In this document: in pieces, positions 20,675 through 30,854 of the stretch | Layout of the letters: each line of letters opens with the position of its first letter | Position numbering within the stretch: the first letter of the stretch is position 1 | Source: a virus | Taxonomy: Duplodnaviria > Caudoviricetes | IMG/VR virus record: IMGVR_UViG_3300032235_001256 | Location: 1-62,462 of that record | DNA length: 62,462 bases | Reading direction: 5' to 3' (one strand) | Translations under genes and position numbers: made by a program | Notes under the pieces: generated by a model | The model's database searches: none | Told to the model about the DNA's origin: nothing | What the model saw: the letters and a program-made list of their open reading frames with translations, nothing else

Positions 20675-22170
20675 CCGATATTAAGCGTCAGCTCCAGGCT
20701 TTTCTAAAGGCTGCAAGTGCGGCCGTAGCCGAGGACTCAAAGGATTACTTTGTTTCCGATGTTCTTAATCGTATTGACGCAGCCTATGCCCGGACGCGTG
20801 ACGGCAGCCTTCACGCGCTACATAATGTCGTGGCCACCAAAGCTGATCAGGTCGTAATTAGCCGCGCAGATCTGCGCGACAGCTGGATGCGAGTTGCAAG
20901 CCTCGGTCGGGCCGATGTTGTGCGCGACGAAATCGGCGACTTGCTTGGCGATGCCGCCCCTTCGAGCGGCGTAGTGCGTAGCTCCGAGCAAACATCTATG
21001 AATGCCGGCAAGTCTGCAATCGATATTTCGGTAGATGATTCCGCTAAGTACGCTGCCCTATTTGGCGAGCACGTTGCCACCAACAGCATTCGCCTTGGCA
21101 TGGAAACTATCCAGGCCGAAATGAAAGATTACGGTCTTGACAGCAAGCTTACCCTCGCTGCGCAGGACTCGCGTTTTGCCGTGTTTGCAGCAGAACTCAC
21201 TGACGGCAAGCGCACTGCTAGCGCCCTGATCCCAACCGAAGTCCGCAATGGCGCGGTACTGCTGCCATCGGTTTTCTTTGGCGCAAACTTCTCCGAGTTC
21301 AACAAGGAAAATCTCGGCAGTTGGGCAAGCACCGGCAGCAAGACTACTGTCTCCGCCGTTGGCCTACTCGACAAGCTCAACAACCTTGCTGGCCCAGCCG
21401 TCATCAAGGCTGCTGCAGACGCCTGGGATGCGGACATCGGCGTTGCCGGTGGCACCGGCTTTGATCTTGGTTCGCTTGAGTCGCCCGTTCTCGCTCCAGC
21501 CGAGCTGCCAGCTGAGCTGAGCCCTGCTGCTAAGCAGATGGGTGGAGCTGATTTTGAGCAGGTGTTCAAAGAGGCTACCCTGAAGTGTGGTCCCGAGAAG
21601 CTTGCCTCTGCTCGCCAGATGCTCGCGAACCAGCTCCGTTTTGCCAATGTCCGTCACGACAAGATTGTCGTAGAAAGCGAAATTGATAATGGCCTGCGCC
21701 TAGGTACTCATGTTCGCAGTGCCTCCGGAAAGCAGTACATCACTGTCCCTGTTGAGTTCGACGGTGGCAACGTGCTCCTGCCGGGCTTCTTCCAGGCCGG
21801 AAATCGCGTATGCGAGTTCTCTGATTCTTCGCTGCAGCGCATTGCATCAGAGTCCGACTCCTCGTTCAATGCCGCTGCTTCTAGCTTTAAGAGCCTGAGC
21901 TTTAGCGACCTGTACAAGGTAGTGATCAAGAATGCCCAGTTTGGCAACCTAGCTGGTGCGGAAGAGGCGATGGCAGTAATTCTGCAGGAGCACGGCGAGG
22001 ATCTTCACCGCCAGGCTTTCCAGGATATGGTTTCTGTTATCCAGAAGAGCGCCACCATGGAGCGCAGCGACCTCGACAAGTATGCCGACGACCTCGCCGC
22101 TGGTGGTAGCGAAACTGCAAATTATGTTTCAAATCGTGTAAACGCGGCCATGTTCGGCCTACTGGATTGA
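20671..22170 (+). CDS. Hypothetical head-module protein with an internal duplication
   Basis: IPTEVRNGAVLLPSVF and VPVEFDGGNVLLPGFF; ATGA overlap with the previous gene. Confidence 0.75.
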   Translation: MTDIKRQLQAFLKAASAAVAEDSKDYFVSDVLNRIDAAYARTRDGSLHALHNVVATKADQVVISRADLRDSWMRVASLGRADVVRDEIGDLLGDAAPSSGVVRSSEQTSMNAGKSAIDISVDDSAKYAALFGEHVATNSIRLGMETIQAEMKDYGLDSKLTLAAQDSRFAVFAAELTDGKRTASALIPTEVRNGAVLLPSVFFGANFSEFNKENLGSWASTGSKTTVSAVGLLDKLNNLAGPAVIKAAADAWDADIGVAGGTGFDLGSLESPVLAPAELPAELSPAAKQMGGADFEQVFKEATLKCGPEKLASARQMLANQLRFANVRHDKIVVESEIDNGLRLGTHVRSASGKQYITVPVEFDGGNVLLPGFFQAGNRVCEFSDSSLQRIASESDSSFNAAASSFKSLSFSDLYKVVIKNAQFGNLAGAEEAMAVILQEHGEDLHRQAFQDMVSVIQKSATMERSDLDKYADDLAAGGSETANYVSNRVNAAMFGLLD

Positions 22171-22173
22171 CAT

Positions 22174-22704
22174 ATGCTGAAAATCGCAAAGCTTGAGCAA
22201 GAAATCAGCAACCTTGATAAGTCCGGCACGGACGAGGACACCCTTGCCGCTGCAGCCCTGGACTTCGCTGCCTACGACACAGACGATCTGCGCCGCGTCG
22301 CAAGCCTCGTAGCCGGATTTGCAGATGCCCTTGATGCCGATGGTCACCGCATAGCGGCTGATCGCCTGGATCGCGTACTGAGTAAGTTTGCATCGAATCC
22401 GGAGGCGTTCTGGGACCCACCAAAGCGCCGCAGCACAGAGATGTTGCCGCCCAATCGCTCTGCGCTTGGAGACATTGGCGCCAGCCTTAGCACCCGTCAC
22501 TCACCCGACTTGCCAGGGGTCCAGTTGGCTCGAGTATCGGATGGCGTTTATCGTGATCCGGTAACTGACAAGATTTATGATTTTAACAAGGGCTTTGTCC
22601 TAGATGACGGAACCAAGTATGTCGGAGGGTCGGTATCTGCACAAACACCGGCCGGCAGCGAAAGATTCCGGCCACTGCGACAACAAATCGAATTCGGCAA
22701 GTGA
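22174..22704 (+). CDS. Hypothetical protein with the shared helix-turn-helix module
   Basis: FADALDADGHRIAADRLD. Confidence 0.7.
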   Translation: MLKIAKLEQEISNLDKSGTDEDTLAAAALDFAAYDTDDLRRVASLVAGFADALDADGHRIAADRLDRVLSKFASNPEAFWDPPKRRSTEMLPPNRSALGDIGASLSTRHSPDLPGVQLARVSDGVYRDPVTDKIYDFNKGFVLDDGTKYVGGSVSAQTPAGSERFRPLRQQIEFGK

Positions 22705-22752
22705 TTTGTTACCGGGGCCCAGGCGGGCCCCGGGTCATTTGTAATATAAATC

Positions 22753-23457
22753 ATGGCAACAAAAAACAAAATCCTTGGACATATAGATCGTGACATTATC
22801 ATCAAAATGCTTTCTGATGGAGAAAGTCCTCAGAACGTAGCCGAGTTTCTTAAAAAGAAATATCCCGGCAAGCACAACGCACATTTGAATGTACACTGGC
22901 GCACAATACACGATTTTCGTGATCGCTTCATGCCCTCTGGCAAGCTGAGCAAGATCGCCATCCAGGAGAGCGAAGTTCCACGCTGGGCAAAGGAAAACGC
23001 TGAGATCAAAGCCGAGCTAATCAAGTCGTCCGCCTATCAGGAAGCTATTGCCAAGCTTGCGCAGGAAGAGATAAACGTAAAGAAGGAGCTTGTCCAGCTT
23101 CTTACGATAATCAAAGGCCGCATGGAATTCTACTACAACGAGCTGCATGCCAGCGGCAAGATGGACGAGCGCAATGAGAAGGTGCTCCTAGAGCAAATGA
23201 AGCTGCTACTATCTATCTTGCAGCAGCAAGACAAGGCCGATACGGCCGCATCGGTCCAGTCAGCGGAAGTAAGCGTGAATATAAATATTGTTCGCGACCA
23301 TGCAACGGTTATCCGTGACGCAGTACGAGATACGCTCGATAGCGTAGATCCAAACTTAGCGATTGAATTCATGGAGCGTCTGAACCTGAAGATGAAGGAG
23401 CTCGAGTACACGGAGACCACCGGCCTTATCCCTCTTGGTGGGAGGATCAATGTTTAA
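22753..23457 (+). CDS. HTH protein, candidate terminase small subunit
   Basis: N-terminal HTH-like region, long helices, beta-like VSVNINI segment; lies upstream of TerL. The function is inferred. Confidence 0.4.
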   Translation: MATKNKILGHIDRDIIIKMLSDGESPQNVAEFLKKKYPGKHNAHLNVHWRTIHDFRDRFMPSGKLSKIAIQESEVPRWAKENAEIKAELIKSSAYQEAIAKLAQEEINVKKELVQLLTIIKGRMEFYYNELHASGKMDERNEKVLLEQMKLLLSILQQQDKADTAASVQSAEVSVNINIVRDHATVIRDAVRDTLDSVDPNLAIEFMERLNLKMKELEYTETTGLIPLGGRINV

Positions 23458-24832
23458 TTTCAACGAAGACAAACTTGACAATGAGATGCTGGAGTGCTTG
23501 AAAAGCATTTCTGCTAAAGCGGACAGGTGCGGAGTTGATCAACAGGATCTGGTGAAGTTCCTCTTCCTAGATAGAGTTTTAACAGATGCCCTCAGACATC
23601 TAAATGCAAAGCTATCAGAGTCAGACTACGAAGATCTCCTAGGCCACTTTGTCAGGTCAGAGGTCAGTACGCTAAAAGAAATAGCGAAAGAACTAGTGTC
23701 TGTTTTAGGCAAGAGCAAAGATCCTAATGAGACCCTGTCCTTCTCTCTTGGTAAAGAATTAAAGAAGGAAGCTTACCCTATGCGGGTAGATACAGCTGTA
23801 TATACGGGTATAAAAAGGATTTTCCCCTCTCTGGCGTCTCGGGCGGCAAGCCTTATATCCTCAGGCGTTTTAGAGGCAGACGCGATTCGTAGGGTGATTT
23901 CTGATCTGGACATGGATGACCGCTTGGCCTTCCTCTCCTGGTATGGATTAAAGTACAAGTCCGGTAGGAATTTAGGCTACCTGAGTGCCCAGGAGGACGT
24001 TTTGATTAAAAAGGTTGCATACGGCCCCGAGGGCCCAGATAGCGCATTCGTCTACCAGTTCATGAGCAAGCAGCCTGCCCAGGCAGCCCCTGTTGCGCAG
24101 CCGGCGCGCGACCACCAGGCGGATCCTATGTCTGCAGAAGAGTTTAAGAAGATGCGCGACAAGATGGTCGGCCGGACTTTTGCTATTGACAAGCTGCTAG
24201 AAAAATATCGTCACCTGCTTAAGGAAGAGCAGTTCGATGCAGTCGAGGATAGCCTCAATGTTCTTCGCAAGAGCATTCGCAAGCTCAAAGTTGCCACTCT
24301 TCAGGATGTTATCGAGAAGGTGGCCTTTACTGCGGAGCAAAATGATTGGTTCGAGGGCGCCGACGTAATTCGCAAGATAGCTGCTCCGGATGAAGCGTTC
24401 GTAAAGGTTGCTGGCTCTATTTCCCGCCCAGATGACCTAGAGGCTGTCCTAAAGTCGCTTGAGGAGATCTCAGCGTTCCTCCGCCAGCGCGCGATCATCA
24501 GGGAGCTGTCGGCCAGGGATATTGATATTTTTAATCTTGGCTTCGGCCATATGCCTGAGATCGGCGACGCCGCCGCAAAGCTAATGGAAGCCTTCAACGG
24601 CTCCGCGAACAAGATCGATGATCTCGTCGGCAAGCTCCGCGCAGAGCTCCAGCAGCAGACCGCTCCAAAGATGGCTCCTGCTGTCGTTAAAACGGTCGTC
24701 AAGCCGCAGGATCTTCCGCTCGTCAAGGCACTCGAGCCACCACCTCCGGAAGCATCTGAGGGCACTACAGAATTAGCTGCGCCAGATGCACTGCCGCTCG
24801 CACCACCACCTGTGTTGCCGCCCAAGGTTTAA
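23450..24832 (+). CDS. Hypothetical helical head-module protein with a Pro-rich tail
   Basis: GGAGG RBS before ATG 23450; several KxA sites. Confidence 0.7.
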   Translation: MFNFNEDKLDNEMLECLKSISAKADRCGVDQQDLVKFLFLDRVLTDALRHLNAKLSESDYEDLLGHFVRSEVSTLKEIAKELVSVLGKSKDPNETLSFSLGKELKKEAYPMRVDTAVYTGIKRIFPSLASRAASLISSGVLEADAIRRVISDLDMDDRLAFLSWYGLKYKSGRNLGYLSAQEDVLIKKVAYGPEGPDSAFVYQFMSKQPAQAAPVAQPARDHQADPMSAEEFKKMRDKMVGRTFAIDKLLEKYRHLLKEEQFDAVEDSLNVLRKSIRKLKVATLQDVIEKVAFTAEQNDWFEGADVIRKIAAPDEAFVKVAGSISRPDDLEAVLKSLEEISAFLRQRAIIRELSARDIDIFNLGFGHMPEIGDAAAKLMEAFNGSANKIDDLVGKLRAELQQQTAPKMAPAVVKTVVKPQDLPLVKALEPPPPEASEGTTELAAPDALPLAPPPVLPPKV

Positions 24833-24834
24833 GA

Positions 24835-25542
24835 ATGGAAACCGTTGCCTCTATAATGAAGCAGGTAGCATCATTGGCAGCAGCCAATGGTTTACCTAGG
24901 CCATTTATAGTTGGCGGTGCAGTCAGAAATATGATAATTGGAGCTGATCCGGTAGACTACGACATTACCTGTGGCAGCCCAGATAATCTTATTCTGGCAG
25001 ATCTGGTTGCGGAGTACTTTGGCGTGCCGATTTACGAAACAGGCAGCGGCTCCAAGAAGATGGTTGTGGATGGCATAGAGCTGGATTTCAGTCCGCACAT
25101 GCTCTACACAGAGCACAAGGATGGGCCATTCGCGTCCGAACTATACAGCCGGGACTTTACGATCAATACGATGATGATCGCCTGCGACGATGGCCACTTT
25201 GTTGATGTTTGCGGTGGGCTGGAAGATCTAAAAAGCAAAACTTTACGCTGTCCACTGAGCCCCGAGGTCACGTTTCGCGATCCGGTCAGGCTCCTGAGGG
25301 CGATAAAGTACATCGCAGAAGGAATGCAGCCAGAGCAGCAGCTTGAAGACGAGCTGATCAAGCAGTTCCATAAAATTGAAAAGATCAATCACAGACATGC
25401 TGGCAGGATTATAAACGATGCGATTCGAAAAAATCCTGAAATAGTCAGCTGGCTGTACGAGCACGATCTTATCAAGCACATACCAGTTACCAAGCTCGTA
25501 ATGAGGGAGCTGGCCCGCCAGAGGATGCTGCACCATGTCTGA
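24835..25542 (+). CDS. CCA-adding/poly(A) polymerase family nucleotidyltransferase (short)
   Basis: IVGGAVR, DYDI, RDFTIN and DPVRLLRA motifs. Confidence 0.85.
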   Translation: METVASIMKQVASLAAANGLPRPFIVGGAVRNMIIGADPVDYDITCGSPDNLILADLVAEYFGVPIYETGSGSKKMVVDGIELDFSPHMLYTEHKDGPFASELYSRDFTINTMMIACDDGHFVDVCGGLEDLKSKTLRCPLSPEVTFRDPVRLLRAIKYIAEGMQPEQQLEDELIKQFHKIEKINHRHAGRIINDAIRKNPEIVSWLYEHDLIKHIPVTKLVMRELARQRMLHHV

Positions 25543-25927
25543 TTTAAAGCGCTGGAAGCAAAACATTATAAACGAAGCTCTTGCCCTGCACAGGGATCAC
25601 GGGCCTGACGCTGGATGCATTATTCTGGCAACTTCCGGCTGGTCAGAAGACCATCCGCTGACGGGCGATGATGCTCGCGTTCCGCCGTTTTTTAGGCAAA
25701 ACTATGACTACGGCTCGGGCGAGGGCCTCCAAGGCCAGCTGGATGAGTATCGCAAAAGAGCCGCCAAGTCGCTGAAAAAGCGGGTGTACGAGGCCTATGC
25801 GCTTGATTCCGCAATCCCAACAGAGGCTTATTGTGGGAAAGAAAGAAATCGCAAGTACTGGAAGTCTGCTGGTTCCAGCAAGGCAGTAAGAGATTTCTTG
25901 AAGTATATAGAACAGGTGTCATGTTGA
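25535..25927 (+). CDS. Hypothetical protein
   Basis: Overlap-coupled ORF in the operon. Confidence 0.6.
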   Translation: MSDLKRWKQNIINEALALHRDHGPDAGCIILATSGWSEDHPLTGDDARVPPFFRQNYDYGSGEGLQGQLDEYRKRAAKSLKKRVYEAYALDSAIPTEAYCGKERNRKYWKSAGSSKAVRDFLKYIEQVSC

Positions 25928-26466
25928 AAAAGCTAGCTGTCATCCGGACTCCAGATGGAATAAATCGCTGCCCATTTGGCCTTGGTATTCAGGTGGCCTG
26001 TCGCAATGCCGGCGATTCTGTCCTGCGGATGGAGGCCCTGGCGAATGTCGACCCAGAATCCAGGGACGTGCAAAAGCAGCACAATGTTGCTGTTTACGCC
26101 ATGTACGGTCAGGGCCGGTGTGTGTTTGCCGACAAGCTTGCTGAGAACGGCAAGGTAGTACACTGCGACTATGGCGAACCGGGAGCTGGCATATCCGACT
26201 CGGCCATGGATCCCATACAGGTATATCCCCGCATGTTTGGAGCTATGGGCATTCATGGTTACTATAGCTATCCACTAGCCAGTTACTGGGATAATCCCGG
26301 GAATGCAAACCTGTTCGACGGCATCTATGGCTATGCCAGCCAGGATGAAGCCGGGCTAATAATAAATGCAAATTCTACGGAAAACACAGAATTAGTAGGC
26401 CCTGATCTGGAAAAAACACAGCAGGTCCTAGATGATTTGTTCGCTGATGAGGAAAACAATGAATGA
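25921..26466 (+). CDS. Cys-containing hypothetical protein
   Basis: ATG at 25921 (AGGTG RBS); CPFGL.I..AC...C...C. Confidence 0.65.
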   Translation: MLKKLAVIRTPDGINRCPFGLGIQVACRNAGDSVLRMEALANVDPESRDVQKQHNVAVYAMYGQGRCVFADKLAENGKVVHCDYGEPGAGISDSAMDPIQVYPRMFGAMGIHGYYSYPLASYWDNPGNANLFDGIYGYASQDEAGLIINANSTENTELVGPDLEKTQQVLDDLFADEENNE

Positions 26467-27334
26467 CGATCTTCTTGACATTATCAATGACGACATCCTA
26501 CTTGGTGAAGGGGATGATGGCTCTGTATTCGAAGTAGACATTCTTCCTGGCTCGGACAAGTCGCTGGACCGCAACAAGGACAGCGATGAGGACGAAGAGA
26601 CCGACTGGGAGCACCACGGCGATCACGGAAAGTTTCTCGCCTACCTGGCTCAGAAGATGGACGCGATCCCGCGTCACAAGGGGCATACTACGGTTGGTTG
26701 CGAGCGCGCCATTGCATATCTAAAGCGTCTCGACGCCGAGATCAGCAAGGCTATTCGCTCGGACGAAAAGAATATTATTGACGAGGAAGAGGCCGAGGGT
26801 ATTCGCGACAAGATTTATGATTATGTTGCCCGGTTGGAGGAGGCGCTCGAAGGCCTGGCCTCCAAGAAGTCGCGCCGCAAGACTGCAGCCTTCAAGCTAT
26901 CCTCGTCCGTATTTACGCGTATTGGCGCCGACGGCGACCCGGCTTACTACATTCGAGCCGAAACTGACGGTCAGGAGACCCTGTTGCCGGTAAACCTCGA
27001 AGAGCCATCGGACATCCAGGTTCGCGCCTATATGGAGTGGGAGTCAGGTCAGTTCAAGAAAGAGGCCTCGTCAGCCCGTATCGTGCTCATGGCAGACCCT
27101 TTCCTCCATGAGATCACGAATATTATAATTCGCTCACATGTGACCTATGGTCGCAACATTGAAACAGTCTATCGCGATCTGGCCAAGAAGTACGACTTCA
27201 CTGATCGAGACCACCTGTCAGTCCACTCCCTGCTACGTGAGAAGGGCATGTTGATTGACCGCGATTTTAGCCGGATCGGAGAGGAAGTCAACATCGGCAC
27301 CCAGAGTGTGGGCAACAAGTCCTATCCGGCCTGA
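26459..27334 (+). CDS. Hypothetical head-module protein
   Basis: ATG at 26459 (GAGG RBS); acidic N-terminus. Confidence 0.7.
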   Translation: MNDDLLDIINDDILLGEGDDGSVFEVDILPGSDKSLDRNKDSDEDEETDWEHHGDHGKFLAYLAQKMDAIPRHKGHTTVGCERAIAYLKRLDAEISKAIRSDEKNIIDEEEAEGIRDKIYDYVARLEEALEGLASKKSRRKTAAFKLSSSVFTRIGADGDPAYYIRAETDGQETLLPVNLEEPSDIQVRAYMEWESGQFKKEASSARIVLMADPFLHEITNIIIRSHVTYGRNIETVYRDLAKKYDFTDRDHLSVHSLLREKGMLIDRDFSRIGEEVNIGTQSVGNKSYPA

Positions 27335-27341
27335 GGCAAAT

Positions 27342-27851
27342 ATGACCATTTGGGACGAACTTTATAAGGATCTTGTTAAAAGCGAGCTAAAGCAGGACGG
27401 CCTTAGTGCCGAGTCTGGCGAGCATTTCAAGACCGTTGAGGCCAAAGTAGACGAGCTGCGCGCCAGGGTTTGCCTTGACTCCGCCTCGCACCTGACCAAG
27501 CAAGCCTCTCTTAAGAAGCAGGCCTCTGCCAGCTTCAAGCTTGTTATCGCAGGAGATGTCGAGCACGATCTCGCTGAGATCAAGTCCTATATTGCAGGCC
27601 TAGTAGATCTACGCCGGTCAGGCATAGACGGGCTGCAGGTAATGGATGATATCAAGAATAAGTTTGCTCATAAAGCAGAGCTTGTACGCGAGCACAAGGC
27701 TGAACTAAGGGATTTTATCGAAAAGCTGCTGTCCAAGTACAAGCTCGAGATGCCCCCTCCTACTCCAGTTCTATATAACAAGCCAGAAGGCAGCGCTTCA
27801 AAAGAAGATAACGAGACTTTCGAAAACATATCAGACAAGCTAAAGCACTGA
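27342..27851 (+). CDS. Hypothetical protein
   Basis: ATG at 27342 (GAGG RBS); LTKQASLKKQAS. Confidence 0.65.
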   Translation: MTIWDELYKDLVKSELKQDGLSAESGEHFKTVEAKVDELRARVCLDSASHLTKQASLKKQASASFKLVIAGDVEHDLAEIKSYIAGLVDLRRSGIDGLQVMDDIKNKFAHKAELVREHKAELRDFIEKLLSKYKLEMPPPTPVLYNKPEGSASKEDNETFENISDKLKH

Positions 27852-27915
27852 ATGTGGCATCAGATTGCAATAAGTCCGGCTTCAATAGCCGGATTTATGT
27901 TTATGGAGAAAGCAG

Positions 27916-30846
27916 ATGGTAAGCCCTAAGAAAGTCAAGGCATTAACGTCAAAAGACATCTTCAATGAAATCAAGAGAGATATCTCGATCATTGATCCCG
28001 TTAGCTTTGCAGAAAATAACCTGACCATAGACGGAAAACCATTCGACCTATCCGGGTCAGGATGGAAGTACATGGCAGAAATATACCGGGCAGTATCCGC
28101 TCAGGTAGAAAATAAAGAGGCCAAACCGATAGTTCTGCTAAAAGGCCGTCAGGTCGGCGCCACTATCATGGCCGGAGTGCTGAGCCTGCACATGGCCAGC
28201 TCTGGACTATACAGCACGGAATCAGGCAAGCCACCCATTCGAGTGATGCACGTTTTCCCAGATCTCAAGCGATGCGGCGTCTATGCAAAAGATATTCTTG
28301 CAAATCTAATAAGCGGCGCCAAGGATAACTACGTTGGCAAACGAGCTCTAAAGGTTACTAGGACGGTAGATCTAGAAGATACACAGACACAGAAAAACTT
28401 TATCGGAATGAGCAAGATTCGCGTCGACTCGATAGGCAAGTCCGGCGACCGTATTCGTGGTAGCACGCAGGATGTTTTGCTTTACGACGAGTGTTTCGTA
28501 GGTAACACATTCATCAAGACGGAAACTGGCAAGATAAAGATAAGCAAAATATACGACATGTTTGCTGCAGGAAAAGAGCTGCCTATCGTCAAGACGATAA
28601 ATGAGCAGACAATGGAGTTTGAGCACAAGAGGGTAGTCCACGCATGGAGGCGCGAACCCAAGCCTGTATTTGAGCTAAGATGCGGCAAGTACAGGGCGAA
28701 ATGCACTAAAGATCACAAGTTTTTGACCGAAGAGGGGTGGGTAGAGGCCCAGAATCTTAAGGTTGGAGATTTTGTAATTGGAGATCCCGGCAATAAATCA
28801 CAGTACCTTCGTGCTATAAATGATGACCAGCTCCAGATCGTACTAGGCTCGTTCCTGGGAGATGGAAATCTTCAAGAATACGCCAATAACTCCTATCGAC
28901 TTCGCGTCATGCATGGTTCTCGCCAGGAAAACTATGCAAAATGGAAGGCTGAGATGTTTGGGGTAGAATGTGTATTTGTTCCAGAACAGGGCAAGTACAA
29001 GAAGCCGGGATGGTGGTTCGCGACAAAGGGTTTCGGAATTCCGAACTGTTCTTTCCCGAAGAATCAGAAAAACAGCTGTCCACAGTGGGTTATCGACAAG
29101 ATAGACTGGAGAGGCGTCGCTATATGGTTCATGGATGACGGAAGTAACAATGCCAAAACTAAGCGCCACATAACCCTGCACACAAATTCTTTTGATGAAG
29201 ATTCGGTAGATAGGCTGGTTGCCAAGTTAATAAGCATGGGAGTCGCGTGCAAAAAAGCCATGGTATCTGGCAAGTATTTTGTCATAAAGATAAACAAGGA
29301 AGGGTCGGATGTTTTCCTTAATAAGGTTGCGCCATACCTACACTCAGATCTGCACTACAAGACTGATATTGTATGTGACACCGGCGATCTGCATTCTTGG
29401 GATTCGCAGTTTAAACCATATTCGTACAACGTAGTATCGGCCTTCAAGGATCTAAACCGCGAGGAAGCTGTTTACGATATAGAGGTCAAAGATAATCACA
29501 ACTTTATCGTTACGGGTCGCAATAGTAGCCAACTGCAAGACGGAGGTATTCAGGCCAAGAACTGCCAGGACATGACCCGCAGCGCTATAGAAAATACGCT
29601 AAAGGTTCTAACTGCAACCCCATACGGTGCTCCTACCAAGGGCGTACAGGTATTTTTCGGCACTCCCAAGCACTCCGGGTCTTTCTTCTGGACAATGTGG
29701 GAGGACTCAGACCAGCGCTTTTATCAGTTGCGATGCAAGCACTGCGATCACTACTTTTTCCTGTATAATCTAGAAAATGATGACTGGAATGAGATATGGA
29801 TCAAAGAAAACCTAATCAAGTGCCCATCATGCCTTAAGACGCAGGACAAGCGCGAAGCGGTCGACCTGGGCCGCTGGATATCGACCCGTCCAACTAATGC
29901 GAAGGGCGATCCGCAGAAGTATATAGGCTATCACTTCAATATGATGCTCAGCCCGCTGTTCACAAAAGAAAACGTTCTCGAGTACTGGCCGCAGCACAAC
30001 AAGAATGCATCGGAGCGAGCATGGCGAAACGAGACAAAAGGGCAGTTCTATTCGGCTAGCGAGGTTCCAATTACCCTTGAGGAGCTGTATGCTACTGCCC
30101 TGGACGAGTCCAGGGGCGTAGCAAAAAGTATAACAAACCCAGCAGGAAAGAATTTTTTTCTTGGCATGGACTGGGGCGAGAAGGTAGAGTCGGATGCAGA
30201 TCTAGAGGTAAAGCGCGGCAAGTCTTTCACCTGTGCGGTTATAATGTCGGTTGATCATACGGGTGTGTTGACCGTAGAAAATGCCGTAAGGCTAAAGAAG
30301 AACGACCCAGACTACAAAATGAATGTTGTTCGCAAGCTAATAGCTGATTTTCACATAGACCAGTCAGCAGCCGACTTCTACTATGGCAACGATTTTGTTC
30401 GGCTAGTGCAGCACAATGAAGGACTTAAAGATAAATTCCTTGGCTGCACAAACCTGAGCAACTCCAAGCGTGCCTTCTCGTATGACGAAAAAGACCTAAT
30501 GGTAGGCGTGAACAAGGATCAGGTGCTTGACGAGATATTTGCGCTATTTAAACGCGGTCGAATCAAGATCCCGGCAAAGGGAGACAGCCTTGAGCTACTG
30601 GGCTGGCTTGTTGATCACATCACTTCAATGGAAACCCATACGAAGACGAAAGATGGCATAGTACTTAAGACGTACAAAAAGGGGGTCATCCAGAACGACG
30701 GACTAATGGCACTGATGTATGCTTATACAGCTTACAAGTTCATGGTAACTCGCAAATTTACTGAGCAGAGTACCGAGGGTGTAAACAAAAAGAAGCAGGA
30801 TGACGTAGTCGTTCCCATCGTTGGCTATATCCCAAGAATGCGCTGA
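27916..30846 (+). CDS. terL: Terminase large subunit (GpA-like, with a Zn finger) containing an intein
   Basis: Walker A KGRQVGAT; Walker B VLLYDE; FGTP; CKHC/CPSC; nuclease LGMDWG; adjacent to the portal. Confidence 0.92.
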   Translation: MVSPKKVKALTSKDIFNEIKRDISIIDPVSFAENNLTIDGKPFDLSGSGWKYMAEIYRAVSAQVENKEAKPIVLLKGRQVGATIMAGVLSLHMASSGLYSTESGKPPIRVMHVFPDLKRCGVYAKDILANLISGAKDNYVGKRALKVTRTVDLEDTQTQKNFIGMSKIRVDSIGKSGDRIRGSTQDVLLYDECFVGNTFIKTETGKIKISKIYDMFAAGKELPIVKTINEQTMEFEHKRVVHAWRREPKPVFELRCGKYRAKCTKDHKFLTEEGWVEAQNLKVGDFVIGDPGNKSQYLRAINDDQLQIVLGSFLGDGNLQEYANNSYRLRVMHGSRQENYAKWKAEMFGVECVFVPEQGKYKKPGWWFATKGFGIPNCSFPKNQKNSCPQWVIDKIDWRGVAIWFMDDGSNNAKTKRHITLHTNSFDEDSVDRLVAKLISMGVACKKAMVSGKYFVIKINKEGSDVFLNKVAPYLHSDLHYKTDIVCDTGDLHSWDSQFKPYSYNVVSAFKDLNREEAVYDIEVKDNHNFIVTGRNSSQLQDGGIQAKNCQDMTRSAIENTLKVLTATPYGAPTKGVQVFFGTPKHSGSFFWTMWEDSDQRFYQLRCKHCDHYFFLYNLENDDWNEIWIKENLIKCPSCLKTQDKREAVDLGRWISTRPTNAKGDPQKYIGYHFNMMLSPLFTKENVLEYWPQHNKNASERAWRNETKGQFYSASEVPITLEELYATALDESRGVAKSITNPAGKNFFLGMDWGEKVESDADLEVKRGKSFTCAVIMSVDHTGVLTVENAVRLKKNDPDYKMNVVRKLIADFHIDQSAADFYYGNDFVRLVQHNEGLKDKFLGCTNLSNSKRAFSYDEKDLMVGVNKDQVLDEIFALFKRGRIKIPAKGDSLELLGWLVDHITSMETHTKTKDGIVLKTYKKGVIQNDGLMALMYAYTAYKFMVTRKFTEQSTEGVNKKKQDDVVVPIVGYIPRMR
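28492..29562 (+). mobile_element. 357-aa intein with a LAGLIDADG homing endonuclease
   Basis: DE|CFVGNT start; TKDH block B; LGSFLGDG and IWFMDDG; VYDIEV..NHNF block F; AKN|C end. Confidence 0.92.
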
Positions 30847-30854
30847 GGTAGAAT

